Assembly (NCBI GenBank): GCA_036525335.1
Contig: DATDAP010000697.1
Location: forward strand, 1-62,118
Source of the DNA: Microlunatus sp.
GTDB lineage: Bacteria > Actinomycetota > Actinomycetes > Propionibacteriales > Propionibacteriaceae
Reading direction: 5' to 3'
DNA: 62,118 nt
Part shown: positions 38,036 to 48,376 of the stretch, one piece after another
Layout of the letters: every line of letters starts with the position of its first letter
How positions within the stretch are numbered: position 1 is the stretch's first letter
Notes under the pieces: generated by a model
What the model saw: the letters and a program-made list of their open reading frames with translations, nothing else
The model's database searches: none
What the model was told of the DNA's origin: nothing
Made by a program: the position numbers and the translations under genes

Positions 38036-39712
38036 CTAGGTGAGGCGTCGAGAGCCGGGTTCGGTGACGCGGAGCCAGCGGTAGCCGTACGGCTCGAGGT
38101 TGATCACGCAGCGGCTCTGAGCGTCGACGTCGACGGTTCCGTCGCGGAGAAGGTCGACCAGGACGATGTCCGGCGGCAGATCGACCAGCTGCAGAGGCAG
38201 GACGACGGCTTCGCTGCCGAGGTTGTGAACGGTGATCAGGTGTCCGTCATCCCAGCTGGTGAGCTGGGCGAGGACGGCCGGATGGGGCTGGTCGAGGATG
38301 ATCATGTCGCCCCAGCCGAGCTCGGGGCAGGAGCGGTAGCAGCGGGTCAGTCGCTGGATGAAGGTGAGCAGCGATTCCGGGTCGTTCAGCTGATCGACGA
38401 CGTTCACGAACTCGGGGCCGAAGCTGCCGGTCACGACCGGACCGGACAGCCGGCTCGGGGCGGCGGTGGAGAAGCCCCCGTTCTTGGTGGCGCTCCACTG
38501 CATCGGGGTCCGGACCGCGAGCCGTCCCTCGGCGGCCAGGTTCTCGCCCATGCCGATCTCTTCGCCGTAGAACAGCACCGGCGTTCCGGGAAGGGCGAAC
38601 AGCAGGCTGTAGACCATTCTGATCCGGCGCGGGTCGCCGTTCAGCATCGGTGGGAGGCGACGCACCAGGCCGCGACCGTAGACCTGCATCTGGGGTTCCG
38701 GTCCGAAGGCATCGAACACTTCCTGACGCTCGTCCTCGGTCAGCTTGTCCAGGGTGAGCTCGTCGTGGTTCCGGACGAAGGTGGCCCACTGGTTGCGTCG
38801 GTCCGGGGCCGGGCGCTCGTGCAGTGCCTTGACCAGCGGTGCCGCGTCCTGCCGGGCCAGGGCCAGATACATGTTCTGCATGCCGATGAAGTCGAACTGC
38901 ATGGACAGCTCGTCGCCGTGCTCGCCGCCGAAGAAGAGTGCCTGCTCCTCGTGCGGGAGGTTGACCTCACCCAACAGGATCGCATCACCGACGCGGCGGC
39001 CGAGGAACTCCCGCAGGTGCCGCAGATAGCTGTGTGGGTCCGGCAGGGTGGTGTCGGCGTCGGCCGCGCCGATGGTCTCCAGCAGAAAGGGGACGGCGTC
39101 GACCCGGAAGCCGGACAACCCGAGCTCGAGCCAGAAGCCGACCACCTTGATGATCTCGTCGCGCACCAGCGGGTTGGTGACGTTCAGGTCGGGTTGGTAC
39201 TTGTAGAAGCGATGCAGGTAGTACTGACCAGCGCGCTCGTCGAACGTCCAGACACTCGTCTCCCGGTCAGGGAACGTGGGCGCCGGCTGCGCGTCGGCGG
39301 GCGGTTCGTCAGCCCACACGTAGAAGTCTCGGTATGGGGAGTTGCGGCTGGACCGGGCACGTCGGAACCAGGGATGGCGATCGGAGGTGTGATTCACGAC
39401 CAGGTCGACGATCACCCGCATCCCGCGATCGCGAGCGGTACGGACCGCCTCCACCAGGTCCCCGAGATGCCCGAGGCGATGGTCGACCCCGTAGAAGTCG
39501 ATGATGTCGTAGCCGTCGTCACGGTCCGGCGTCGGATAGAACGGCATCAACCACAGACAGGTCACCCCGAGGGCCTCGAGGTAGTCCAGTCGTTGGCTCA
39601 GGCCCTGGAAGTCGCCGACACCGTCGTCGTTCCAGTCCATGAAGGTCTCGACGTCGAGGCAGTAGATGACCGCCGTCTTCCACCACAGATCACTGGTGTC
39701 GGTGATACGCAT
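38036..39712 (-). CDS. treS: GH13 trehalose synthase-like alpha-amylase family protein
   Basis: DDGYD, GFRVDAV, GEVN, RNHDELT. Confidence 0.8.
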   Translation of the reverse strand: MRITDTSDLWWKTAVIYCLDVETFMDWNDDGVGDFQGLSQRLDYLEALGVTCLWLMPFYPTPDRDDGYDIIDFYGVDHRLGHLGDLVEAVRTARDRGMRVIVDLVVNHTSDRHPWFRRARSSRNSPYRDFYVWADEPPADAQPAPTFPDRETSVWTFDERAGQYYLHRFYKYQPDLNVTNPLVRDEIIKVVGFWLELGLSGFRVDAVPFLLETIGAADADTTLPDPHSYLRHLREFLGRRVGDAILLGEVNLPHEEQALFFGGEHGDELSMQFDFIGMQNMYLALARQDAAPLVKALHERPAPDRRNQWATFVRNHDELTLDKLTEDERQEVFDAFGPEPQMQVYGRGLVRRLPPMLNGDPRRIRMVYSLLFALPGTPVLFYGEEIGMGENLAAEGRLAVRTPMQWSATKNGGFSTAAPSRLSGPVVTGSFGPEFVNVVDQLNDPESLLTFIQRLTRCYRSCPELGWGDMIILDQPHPAVLAQLTSWDDGHLITVHNLGSEAVVLPLQLVDLPPDIVLVDLLRDGTVDVDAQSRCVINLEPYGYRWLRVTEPGSRRLT

Positions 39713-39717
39713 CCGGC

Positions 39718-40689
39718 TCAGACCCTCCGTGACACGGGGAGCTGCGGAAGCACCCGCGCACCGAAGGCCTCGATGAACGCGGTCTGCTGTTGACCGACAT
39801 GGTGCAGGTAGATCTCGTCGAACCCGAGGTCGATCAGGTCGTTGAGATGGTCCGCGTGCCAGCCGAGGTCGGCCGAGATCTGCACGGAAGCATCCATGTC
39901 CTGAGGCCGTACCTTCTCCGCCACGGTGTCGAACGCCTCCACGGTCTCCAGGTCCCAACAGATCGGTGGCGGGAACACGTTGCTCCGCCACTGCTCGTAC
40001 GCGATCGACCGGGCCTGATCGTCGGTGTCCGCATAGCTCAGGTGGACCTGACAGGCCACCGGACCCCTTCCGCCGGCCGTACGGTAGGCGTCGATCATCT
40101 GCCGGAGCTTGTCGTGCGGCTGGGCGATGGTGACCAACCCGTCCGCCCAGCCGGCGACCCAGGCGGCGGTCGGCACACTGACGGCGGGTCCGATCAACTG
40201 GGGCTGCGTCGTCGGCAGGGTCCACACCCTCGCCCGGTCGACCGTCACCAGGCCGTCGTGGGTGACCTCCTCGCCGCGCAGCAGAGCCCTGATGATCGCC
40301 ACGCACTCACCCAGTCGCGCATTGCGGACGTCCTTGCGCGGCCAAGGTGCGCCCGTGATGTGCTCGTTCGACGCTTCACCACTGCCCAACGCCACCCACA
40401 GGCGCCCTTCGAACATGGTCGCCAGGGTGGCGATGGCCTGAGCCACGATGACCGGGTGATACCGCTGACCCGGAGCGTTCACCACACCGAACGGCATCGA
40501 CGTGGCCTGCATCGCCGCTCCCAGCCAGGACCAGGCGAAACCGGAGTGCCCCTGGCGCTGACTCCAGGGACTGACATGATCGGAGCACATCCCGCCCGTG
40601 AACCCGGCCTGCTCGGCCAGCTGAACCGCGACCAGCAGATCAGTCGGATCGATCTGCTCGTGCGAGGCGTGGATCCCGACGACAGCCAT
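39718..40689 (-). CDS. LLM-class oxidoreductase (TIGR03885-like)
   Basis: HASHEQ, CSDH, APGQRYHP, GSGEASNE. Confidence 0.88.
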   Translation of the reverse strand: MAVVGIHASHEQIDPTDLLVAVQLAEQAGFTGGMCSDHVSPWSQRQGHSGFAWSWLGAAMQATSMPFGVVNAPGQRYHPVIVAQAIATLATMFEGRLWVALGSGEASNEHITGAPWPRKDVRNARLGECVAIIRALLRGEEVTHDGLVTVDRARVWTLPTTQPQLIGPAVSVPTAAWVAGWADGLVTIAQPHDKLRQMIDAYRTAGGRGPVACQVHLSYADTDDQARSIAYEQWRSNVFPPPICWDLETVEAFDTVAEKVRPQDMDASVQISADLGWHADHLNDLIDLGFDEIYLHHVGQQQTAFIEAFGARVLPQLPVSRRV

Positions 40690-40845
40690 GGAACAGTTCT
40701 ACCGGAACCTGTGCAGCCACAGACCGTCCGCCCCGTTCCCTGCCCCGCCCTCGGCGCCGCAGTCATCGACGTCGGCGGCGTGCCTGCGCGCTGAACGACC
40801 GGCCACCGGACCGCGAAACCACGCCCGACGCTCGACACGGCCGCC

Positions 40846-40870
40846 GTTTGTCGGCGCCGATTGCGGGTAA
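40846..40870 (+). promoter_or_regulatory. SigB/SigF-type promoter of the NRAMP operon
   Basis: GTTT-N15-GGGTAA. Confidence 0.75.
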
Positions 40871-40932
40871 GGGACCTGGTCAGACCGTCGACGACGGGGG
40901 TGCGGGATGATCACGACGGAGGAGGTGCGCCG

Positions 40933-41391
40933 GTGACCGGGTCAGCCGCAGACCGCAGCGTGAGGGTTGTTGTCGCGTCGCTGCTGGTGACCATGGTGGC
41001 CCTGACCGCCGGCTGCGGATCGTCGTCGTCGGACACCGAGGATCTGACGCTGTCCTTGCGGGAGACGCGGACCGCTGTTCGCAGCGTTGAGCTGGCTCTC
41101 GATCTGCTCGATCAGGGTCGGACGACCCGGGCGGCTGCTCAGGTCACGGCCGGCGACATGGTCGACCAGATCGGCCTGGCCCAGCAGCGGTTGGCCGACG
41201 CCCCGGGCGACACCGAGGAGCTCCGCGATCTGCGGCGCCGGTGCCAGGTCGTCGTCAGCGACTCCCTGGTTGCGGTGCAGGACACCGAGGACGCCTTGTC
41301 CACCACAGATGGCGGCGCTGGTGTGGGTGCCGATCTGCCCCAGGTGCAGAGCGCCGTCGACGCGACGCTGACAGATGTGGGGGAGCGGTGA
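40933..41391 (+). CDS. Helical lipoprotein
   Basis: GGAGG RBS, lipobox TAGC, GTGA overlap with next gene. Confidence 0.75.
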   Translation: MTGSAADRSVRVVVASLLVTMVALTAGCGSSSSDTEDLTLSLRETRTAVRSVELALDLLDQGRTTRAAAQVTAGDMVDQIGLAQQRLADAPGDTEELRDLRRRCQVVVSDSLVAVQDTEDALSTTDGGAGVGADLPQVQSAVDATLTDVGER

Positions 41392-42617
41392 AGCGGCTGT
41401 TCGCGGTCGCCCTCGGCATCCTGACCGCCATCGGCGGGTTCCTCGACATCGGCGACATCGTCACCAACGCCGTGGTCGGCTCCCGGTTCGGAATGTCTCT
41501 CGCGTGGGTGGTGATCATCGGCGTGATCGGCATCTGCGTCTTCGCCCAGATGTCCGGGCGGGTGGCCGCCGTGAGCGGCCGGGCGACGTTCGAGATCATC
41601 AGGGAACGGCTCGGTCCGCGGGCGGCGTCGGCGAACCTCGCCGCCTCGTTCTTGATCAACCTGATGACCCTCACCGCCGAGGTCGGCGGGATCGCGCTGG
41701 CCCTGCAGCTGGTCAGCAGCGTGTCCTATCTGCTGTGGGTCCCCTTCGCTGCGGTCGCCGTCTGGTTGGTCATCTGGCGGGTCCGGTTCAGCACCATGGA
41801 GAACGTCGCCGGTCTGATCGGGCTCACGTTGATCGGGTTCGCCGTCGCCCTGTTCCTGCTCGGGCCCAACTGGGTCGAGCTCGGTCAGCAGGTCATGCAG
41901 CAGGGGCTGCCCGACACGGAGAAGGCGACGACGTACTGGTTCTACGCCGTGGCTCTGTTCGGGGCGGCGATGACCCCGTACGAGGTGTTCTTCTTCTCCT
42001 CCGGGGCGGTGGAGGAGGGTTGGACCAGCAAGGACCTGGCCCAGTCGCGGGTCAACGTCCTCGTCGGCTTTCCCCTCGGTGGGATTCTGTCGCTGGCCAT
42101 CGCCGCCTGCAGTGCGGTCGTGCTGTTACCTCGAGCGATCGAGGTGACCTCCCTTTCTCAGGTGCTGCTGCCGGTGGCAGCGGCCGGGGGAAAGGTCCTG
42201 TTGGCCGTCATCATTCTCGGGGTGGTGGCCGCCACGTTCGGGGCGGCACTGGAGACGACCCTCTCCGCCGGCTACACCCTGGCGCAGTTCAACGGTTGGA
42301 GCTGGGGCAAGTTCCACCGGCCCACCGAGGCCGCCCGGTTCCACCTCACCATGATCATCTGTCTGGTGGTGGGACTCGGAGTGCTGTTGACCGGACTCGA
42401 TCCGATCAAGATCACCGAGCTCTCCGTCGTATTCTCGGCGATAGCGCTCCCTCTCACCTACCTGCCGATCCTGATCGTCGCGAACGACCCGGAGTACATG
42501 GGGGATCAGGTGAACGGTGCCGCTGCCAACGCTGCGGGGGTGCTTTACCTGGTGATCATCGCGGCGGCCTCGTTGGCCGCCGTTCCGTTGCTGATCATCA
42601 CAGGAGCTGGTTCGTGA
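41388..42617 (+). CDS. NRAMP-related divalent metal transporter (atypical motifs)
   Basis: About 11 TM; FLDIGD, QMSGR, LFGAAMTPY. Confidence 0.85.
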   Translation: MKRLFAVALGILTAIGGFLDIGDIVTNAVVGSRFGMSLAWVVIIGVIGICVFAQMSGRVAAVSGRATFEIIRERLGPRAASANLAASFLINLMTLTAEVGGIALALQLVSSVSYLLWVPFAAVAVWLVIWRVRFSTMENVAGLIGLTLIGFAVALFLLGPNWVELGQQVMQQGLPDTEKATTYWFYAVALFGAAMTPYEVFFFSSGAVEEGWTSKDLAQSRVNVLVGFPLGGILSLAIAACSAVVLLPRAIEVTSLSQVLLPVAAAGGKVLLAVIILGVVAATFGAALETTLSAGYTLAQFNGWSWGKFHRPTEAARFHLTMIICLVVGLGVLLTGLDPIKITELSVVFSAIALPLTYLPILIVANDPEYMGDQVNGAAANAAGVLYLVIIAAASLAAVPLLIITGAGS

Positions 42618-43015
42618 ATCTTCCGCCCCCACCCGACGGCGCCTCGATCGCTCAGCGGCTGATCGACGTGCGACTCCACCTGCTCGACCGCCAGGTCCTC
42701 GACCGTGACGGCGTACCGGTCACGACTGTCGACGACATCGCCCTCTCCGAGATCCTGCCTGGCCCGTTGCCGGAGGACGGCCCGGCGCCGACGATCACCG
42801 CCCTGCTGAGCGGATCCTTCCGGTTCACCCGGATCTTCGGTGGCCGCCCACCGATGTCACGCCTCGACCGCATCGCCTGGGCCGACCTCGCCGAGATCGG
42901 GACCGCGATCCGACTCCGAGTCGTCCGGGACACCTTGGAGGTCGGCTGGTTCGAGCGATGGGCAGCCCAGCACGTCATCGGCAAGATCCCCGGGGGACGC
43001 CATGATCCTGAGTGA
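42614..43015 (+). CDS. PRC-barrel-like hypothetical protein
   Basis: LHLLDRQVLDRDG...VDDI. Confidence 0.7.
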   Translation: MNLPPPPDGASIAQRLIDVRLHLLDRQVLDRDGVPVTTVDDIALSEILPGPLPEDGPAPTITALLSGSFRFTRIFGGRPPMSRLDRIAWADLAEIGTAIRLRVVRDTLEVGWFERWAAQHVIGKIPGGRHDPE

Positions 43016-43385
43016 GCTGATCGGCTCTCCGGTCGTCCAGGGCGGCGACCGGGTCGGACTCGTCGCCGATCTCCGGTTCGTGCTGGACGCCGCATCGGAC
43101 AGCGACGACGACACGCGCCTCTCGATGCCCGATGCCCGCCTCTACGGCATCCTGGTCAGCCCCCGCGCACCGGCATCGTTCCTCGGTTACGAGCGGTCCG
43201 GTGTCACGAAGCCGTGGCCGCTGGCTCAGCTGCTGCGACGGCGGGAGCGGGGATCGTTCCTGGTGCTGTGGGCCGACGTGGGCCAGCTGTCCGCTGACGG
43301 GGTCCTGCTCCGACCGCAGGCACGACGGTGGTCTCCGGCGCTGGCCGGATCTCTCACCCGCCGCGCACGCGAACGGCAGGGCTGA
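43002..43385 (+). CDS. PRC-barrel-like hypothetical protein
   Basis: MILSELIGSPV...VGLVADLR...VLWADV. Confidence 0.7.
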   Translation: MILSELIGSPVVQGGDRVGLVADLRFVLDAASDSDDDTRLSMPDARLYGILVSPRAPASFLGYERSGVTKPWPLAQLLRRRERGSFLVLWADVGQLSADGVLLRPQARRWSPALAGSLTRRARERQG

Positions 43386-43513
43386 CGGCCAGAGGTGCCG
43401 AGGGCTCCCGACTCGGGGCGGCAGTGGGGCACCGTTCGTGACATCCATAGGAGCTTCTACCTGGCCCTCGCGGCCGAGAAGATTCGGTCACACCGGCGAT
43501 TCGCGAGCAGCCC

Positions 43514-44041
43514 TCAGTCGATGATGCCGAGTCGGGTCGCCAGGAACAGGAACGTCTCCGCGTACGGCTGGCCGGCAGCAGCCGCTCTCACCTGCGGCCA
43601 GTCGACGCGTTCGCGAACGGCCCGGGCACCGGGCAACAGAGTCGCCAGATCGCAGTACCGCTCGGACAGCGACAGCACCTTGGTGGTCATCACCACGGTC
43701 GGTGCCAGCACCGGCATCCGCACACCCAGAACGTCGTGCTCCTCCGCGCTGCGCACCAGGTCCAGGTCGACCGGGACGCCGACCAGCCGGTGCAGCACGT
43801 CGACCATCACCTTGTCCCACCAGGCCTTGAAGAGCCAATCCTCCGGCGGTCTGTCGATGACGAAACCGGCACAGCCCAGCGTCCGCACCGCTTCCTCGAC
43901 CGACACCTCCGGGACGACGAGATCGACATCGTGGTCGCCCTCGGGACCCCCGAAGACCCAGAGGGCGTAGCTGCCGGCGAGAGCGAACGGCACCCCCTCA
44001 GCCTTGAGCGCAGCTGCCGAGGACCGCAGGGCATCACGCAT
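43514..44041 (-). CDS. Nucleotidyltransferase family protein (start uncertain)
   Basis: LAGSYA...HDVD motif, PPEDWLFKA. Confidence 0.8.
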   Translation of the reverse strand: MRDALRSSAAALKAEGVPFALAGSYALWVFGGPEGDHDVDLVVPEVSVEEAVRTLGCAGFVIDRPPEDWLFKAWWDKVMVDVLHRLVGVPVDLDLVRSAEEHDVLGVRMPVLAPTVVMTTKVLSLSERYCDLATLLPGARAVRERVDWPQVRAAAAGQPYAETFLFLATRLGIID

Positions 44042-44155
44042 CGCCGCATGGCCGGCCTCCAGCGCCGCTGCCGGTGTGATCGTCGGGTGTGGGGCACCGC
44101 CTGGCTGAGGCGAGGGCGGTGACGCGTCGCTGTCGATGATGGCTACCTTCGTCCT

Positions 44156-44983
44156 ATGCGGTTGGCGACGTTCAACATTCTGCACGGTCGATCGGTGATC
44201 GACGACCTGGTGGACGTCGACCGGCTGGCCGCGGCGATAGCAAGCTTGGACGCGGACGTGCTGGCCCTGCAGGAAGTGGACCGTAACCAGCCGCGTTCGC
44301 ACCTGGCCGATCTGACGGCCGTCGCGGCCGCGGCGATGGGAGCCGTGTCGCATCGGTTCGTCGCCGCGCTGTCGGGCACTCCCGGGGCGACCTGGATGGC
44401 CGCGACCGAGGACGATGTGCCCGGTTCCGCGTCATACGGTGTCGCTCTGCTGTCGAGGTATCCGGTCAGGACCTGGCAGAGTCTGCGGCTGCCGAGGATC
44501 GGCTTCCGGTTTCCGATGTATCTACCCGGGCCTCGCAAGGTGATCATGGTCGACGAGGAGCCTCGAGCAGCGGTGATCGCGCACCTCGACACCCCCAGTG
44601 GACCGATGATCGTGACGAACACGCATCTCTCCTTCGTGCCCGGGTGGGGCCGGCTCCAGCTGCGACGAATCCGGCGCGACCTCGCGACGTTGCCAGACCC
44701 AGCCATCGTGATGGGTGATCTCAACATGGACGCACCGCGGCCGGCGGCCATCACGGGGTTCCGGAGTCTGGCAGATCATCCCACCTTCCCGCTCGAAGAG
44801 CCGAGCCAGCAGCTGGATCACATTCTCGCCCGGGGCGAGGTGGGCACAGTGGTGGGCAGTCGGGCGACCCGTCTGCCGTTGTCGGATCATCTCGCCCTGG
44901 TTGTGGATCTGGCCGATCCTCGGAGCGCGCCGAGCACGTGGGACTCGGCAGAGTCGCTGCCCACACCACCTGCAGGGGGCTGA
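44156..44983 (+). CDS. Endonuclease/exonuclease/phosphatase family protein
   Basis: TFNI, LQEVD, THLS, MGDLN, LDHI, SDH. Confidence 0.9.
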   Translation: MRLATFNILHGRSVIDDLVDVDRLAAAIASLDADVLALQEVDRNQPRSHLADLTAVAAAAMGAVSHRFVAALSGTPGATWMAATEDDVPGSASYGVALLSRYPVRTWQSLRLPRIGFRFPMYLPGPRKVIMVDEEPRAAVIAHLDTPSGPMIVTNTHLSFVPGWGRLQLRRIRRDLATLPDPAIVMGDLNMDAPRPAAITGFRSLADHPTFPLEEPSQQLDHILARGEVGTVVGSRATRLPLSDHLALVVDLADPRSAPSTWDSAESLPTPPAGG

Positions 44984-45075
44984 GCGGTCAGCGACCCGGC
45001 GGCTCGTCCACTGGAGCCCGCCGAGGCCGCATGACCCGCCCTTGGCCTGTCTGCTCGAATCGAAGCGGAACTCCG

Positions 45076-45249
45076 TCAGTCCCGGATGGCGTCCTTGACG
45101 TCCTCGCCGGCCTGCTTCAGGTTGCTACTCGCCTGATCAGCCCGACCCTCGGCTTGCAGCTGCTCGTTGTCAGTCGCATCGCCGACGCCCTCTTTGACCT
45201 TGCCCTTCAACTCCTCAGCCTTGTTCTCGGCCTTGTCGCCTGCACCCAT
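45076..45249 (-). CDS. csbD: CsbD family stress protein
   Basis: MGAGDKAENKAEELKGKVKE...QAEG. Confidence 0.92.
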   Translation of the reverse strand: MGAGDKAENKAEELKGKVKEGVGDATDNEQLQAEGRADQASSNLKQAGEDVKDAIRD

Positions 45250-45305
45250 CGCCAGCTCCTTCGACAGCTTCTCGACCGGACCATCCGATCGCGACTGATC
45301 ACCTC

Positions 45306-45330
45306 CTACCCCCTGCTCGCCGCACCTAAC
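45306..45330 (-). promoter_or_regulatory. SigB/SigF-type promoter of csbD
   Basis: GTTA-N15-GGGTAG. Confidence 0.6.
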
Positions 45331-45431
45331 AGCCGAAGGTGCGGTCGCCAGCGATTCGCTCGTACCCCGGGCACCGGCCACCAGGGCCCCCGCCTGCGTT
45401 CCCGTCCGGCGAGCTGTCGAGTCCGGGTCGG

Positions 45432-45457
45432 GTTTGGGGTCGCCATCCTCTGGGTAA
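45432..45457 (+). promoter_or_regulatory. SigB/SigF-type promoter (leaderless) of the 45467 gene
   Basis: GTTT-N16-GGGTAA, ATG follows 9 nt after the -10 element. Confidence 0.75.
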
Positions 45458-45466
45458 CGTCCGACC

Positions 45467-45946
45467 ATGTCATCTGCTCTTAGGATCTATCTTCAGAATC
45501 ATGAGGCCGCGGCCCGGGCAGGGATCGATCTGTGTCGTCGAGCTGCCCACAACCAACGCCGACTGGCGCATGGAGCGGCACTCGAGGATCTCCTCTCCGC
45601 CATCCGGGAAGATCGAGAGCGGTTGCACCAGATCATGAGGTCTGTCCATGCGGAACCGAACCCGCTGCTGGGAGTTGTTCTGCAAGCGGGGGAGCGGGTG
45701 GCTCGGATGAAGCCCAACGGGCGCATTCTCCGCCGCTCACCGCTGAGTGACCTGATCGAGATAGAGGCCCTCCTCGACGCGGTCAGTGCCAAGCGCGCCG
45801 GCTGGTACGCCCTTGCGGCAGTGCATCTGCCGGCGGACGCAACTCATGTGGACGGTCTGATCAGCCGGGCAGATGACCAGCTCGAAGGGCTCCGCTCCAT
45901 CCACGCGACGCTCGCCGCTCGGGTTCTCTTCGAAAACCAGCCGTAG
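45467..45946 (+). CDS. Conserved helical (possibly ferritin-like) hypothetical protein
   Basis: YLQNH, EDR, KPNGRI...SPLS...IE. Confidence 0.75.
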   Translation: MSSALRIYLQNHEAAARAGIDLCRRAAHNQRRLAHGAALEDLLSAIREDRERLHQIMRSVHAEPNPLLGVVLQAGERVARMKPNGRILRRSPLSDLIEIEALLDAVSAKRAGWYALAAVHLPADATHVDGLISRADDQLEGLRSIHATLAARVLFENQP

Positions 45947-46026
45947 AGTACTGGAGAGGATGGTGCGTACCGCGCGGTCCGCTGGGTATGTGGTGCGCAG
46001 TGCCCCTCCCGATCGAAGGAGTTCTC

Positions 46027-46242
46027 ATGCATCTCGCCACCACGATCGTCAACGATCAGCCGATCACCTGTGTTGTCACCGAACGCGGCGTGGCTCCGGT
46101 CGCTCAGCTCGATCCCACGCTGCCCGCAGATCCGGTCGAGCTGCAGAGCGACACCGTCTGGCCGGCACTGGTCGCGGCCGTCGAAGCCGCCGATCACGAT
46201 CTTTTCGTACCCGTCGAGACCGTGACCTTCGCCCCAACGTGA
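46027..46242 (+). pseudogene. N-terminal relic of a fumarylacetoacetate hydrolase family gene
   Basis: AAGGAG RBS; MHLAT... ends at VTFAP before the catalytic domain. Confidence 0.5.
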
Positions 46243-46786
46243 GCAGACGGTAAGGCAGACGAGACGACCTCCACAGTGAGGAGGCGACTGGCTGGAGCGG
46301 ATCGGGCTGAGGCGAAGCCACCGAAGGAGCTGCGTTGACGACCTTCGACCTCGGATCGGGCGAGACGCCGTCCGATGACCAGGCAGCTTCGGAATTCGCC
46401 GGCCGAGTTCCGGTGTGCTCAATTCTGGCAGCGTCGCCATCCTCCTGTGCATCGGACAACAGACCGAGTTGTTCGATGCTCTGGCCGGATTGCCGCCAGC
46501 AACCAGGCAACAGATCGATGACCCTGCTGACCTCAGCGAGAGGTAGGTGCGCGGGTGACATACCGGCTGCCGCGTGAGCACGTCGCTTTGACGCCATGAT
46601 GCCCTTGGTGGACGGGCTGACGGATCGCCTACGTGCGGGCATCGACGTCGCTGACCTTCGGGTGAGGATGAGCCGCTCGATGGCGTCGGCCAGCCAATTC
46701 TCGTAGCAGTCGTGTGATCACCCGACGTGTTGGTCAGTGGGTTCGGCCGGCCTTGCTGACGAGACGCGAGATGTGGCCAGCCTGCG

Positions 46787-47317
46787 TCACAGAAAGGCGT
46801 TCGCCTGATCACCGCACGCGGCGGACATGATCCCCTCCACCGGGCGACCGTCTTCGAGATAGCGCACGTGGTGTGACTCGCAGGTGGCGCGAACACGACG
46901 TCGGACCGGACCGCTGAGTAGAGGAAGTGCTGTCGCGAGTGGCAGGACCCGACTCTCGGCGATCTCCACCGGCTGGATGACCACCGTGTCCAAGACGGCG
47001 TCGTCGAAAACACCGCAGTCGAACAGGAAGCGCATACCGCCTGGACGGCCCGGCTTGGGGTGCAGGAAGTCCACGCACACAAGCCGGCCGGCGGTGACGT
47101 CGAGGCCGCACTCTTCTCGGGTTTCGCGGCGACAAGCCTCCCATGGGGACTCGCCACTCTCGATGACACCGCCCGGAATCGTCCAGCCGCCCTTGTACGT
47201 CGGCTTCAGGATCAGCAATCGGTCTTGGCGGCCACGTACCAGCGCACCTGCGGAGGCTGGGTGGGTCGCGGCGACAACCGGCGGCTCGGATCGTTCACCG
47301 GCGTCACCGTGGCGCAT
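46787..47317 (-). CDS. NUDIX hydrolase
   Basis: GGVIESGESPWEACRRETREECGL Nudix box. Confidence 0.9.
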   Translation of the reverse strand: MRHGDAGERSEPPVVAATHPASAGALVRGRQDRLLILKPTYKGGWTIPGGVIESGESPWEACRRETREECGLDVTAGRLVCVDFLHPKPGRPGGMRFLFDCGVFDDAVLDTVVIQPVEIAESRVLPLATALPLLSGPVRRRVRATCESHHVRYLEDGRPVEGIMSAACGDQANAFL

Positions 47318-47497
47318 GGAGATCATGCTAGGGGTTGGATCGGCGAATCCGGCAGGAAGGACGATCCGGCCGCCGATGCGTGCGACGTCGTGTCGCCATA
47401 CGGCACTCACGGCTGTATCTGAATCGGTAACCGACCGTCCTTGAGATGAGGAACCGAAGATGGTTGAGGAGTGTGAGCTGTAGTGGCCTCGATAGAG

Positions 47498-48124
47498 ATG
47501 GGTGACGCGCACCGCCGACGGTCGCCGACCGATGAGGCGACCGCCCAGGCCGGACCTTCGCTGACGGTACCGGTGAGGCGGAGGATCCTGTTGGTCGATG
47601 GGGTGCTGGCGGCGGTGATCGGTTTGATGGAGTTCGCGGTCATGCAGCACATCTACGTGCTCGAGGAGCTCACGATGGACTCGGGGGAGTTCTCCGTGGT
47701 GTGGTGGCCGTATCTGCTGATGTGGGCGACCTCCTATGGGGCGTTGGCTTTTCGGCGGATCAGGCCGCTCTTGGTGTTTGTCGTCACCTCGGGGTGTCTG
47801 CTCGTGGCTACCTTGCTGCAAGATGTCGGGCCCGATGAGCTGCTGCCGATTGCGTTCTGGATCAGCTTGTTCACCCTGGTCCGCCGACAGCGCCTCGGGC
47901 CCAGCCTGGCAACGTTGGCGGGCGCGCTCGCGGTCGGTGTGGTGCAGGCCTACCTCGTCGTCGAGTCACCCGTCAGCGAGCTGCTCGGACGGGATTCGTG
48001 GGTGAGCCCTGATCCCTGGTACAGCCACCTCGAGCTGGTGTGGTTGACGGCTGGGATCTACCTGATGGCGCTGTGCCCTCGGCTCGTCGCGGCCGTGCGG
48101 CACCGAGCGGTCAGGCTTCGGTGA
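47498..48124 (+). CDS. Membrane protein resembling the input TM domain of sensor kinases (no kinase domain)
   Basis: About 6 TM; LAFRRIRPL. Confidence 0.6.
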   Translation: MGDAHRRRSPTDEATAQAGPSLTVPVRRRILLVDGVLAAVIGLMEFAVMQHIYVLEELTMDSGEFSVVWWPYLLMWATSYGALAFRRIRPLLVFVVTSGCLLVATLLQDVGPDELLPIAFWISLFTLVRRQRLGPSLATLAGALAVGVVQAYLVVESPVSELLGRDSWVSPDPWYSHLELVWLTAGIYLMALCPRLVAAVRHRAVRLR

Positions 48125-48376
48125 GTCGGCTGCGCCGGCCTCGTGCCCCGCGATCGCCGGGTAGTTCCCCGTCGGTGTACTGCCGCTGACCTGACACCGG
48201 CATGGGCGTCTGCCAGCGGGACATCCGGTTGGCACAACAGCCTTCACGTTGATGGTGTCTTCTTCATGATTCCCGAACTTCGTGTAGGCCAGCGTCACCA
48301 TGGCGGAGCCGGCGGTCCGTTGGTCTCGCCTCTCATGATCAGGGCACCGAAGTTGGCGATGTCCGCCGTCAGGGCG

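Noticed and set aside
48140-48340. ORF MVTLAYTKFGNHEEDTINVKAVVP
   Set aside because: May be a secreted-protein scrap, but too short and degenerate to call
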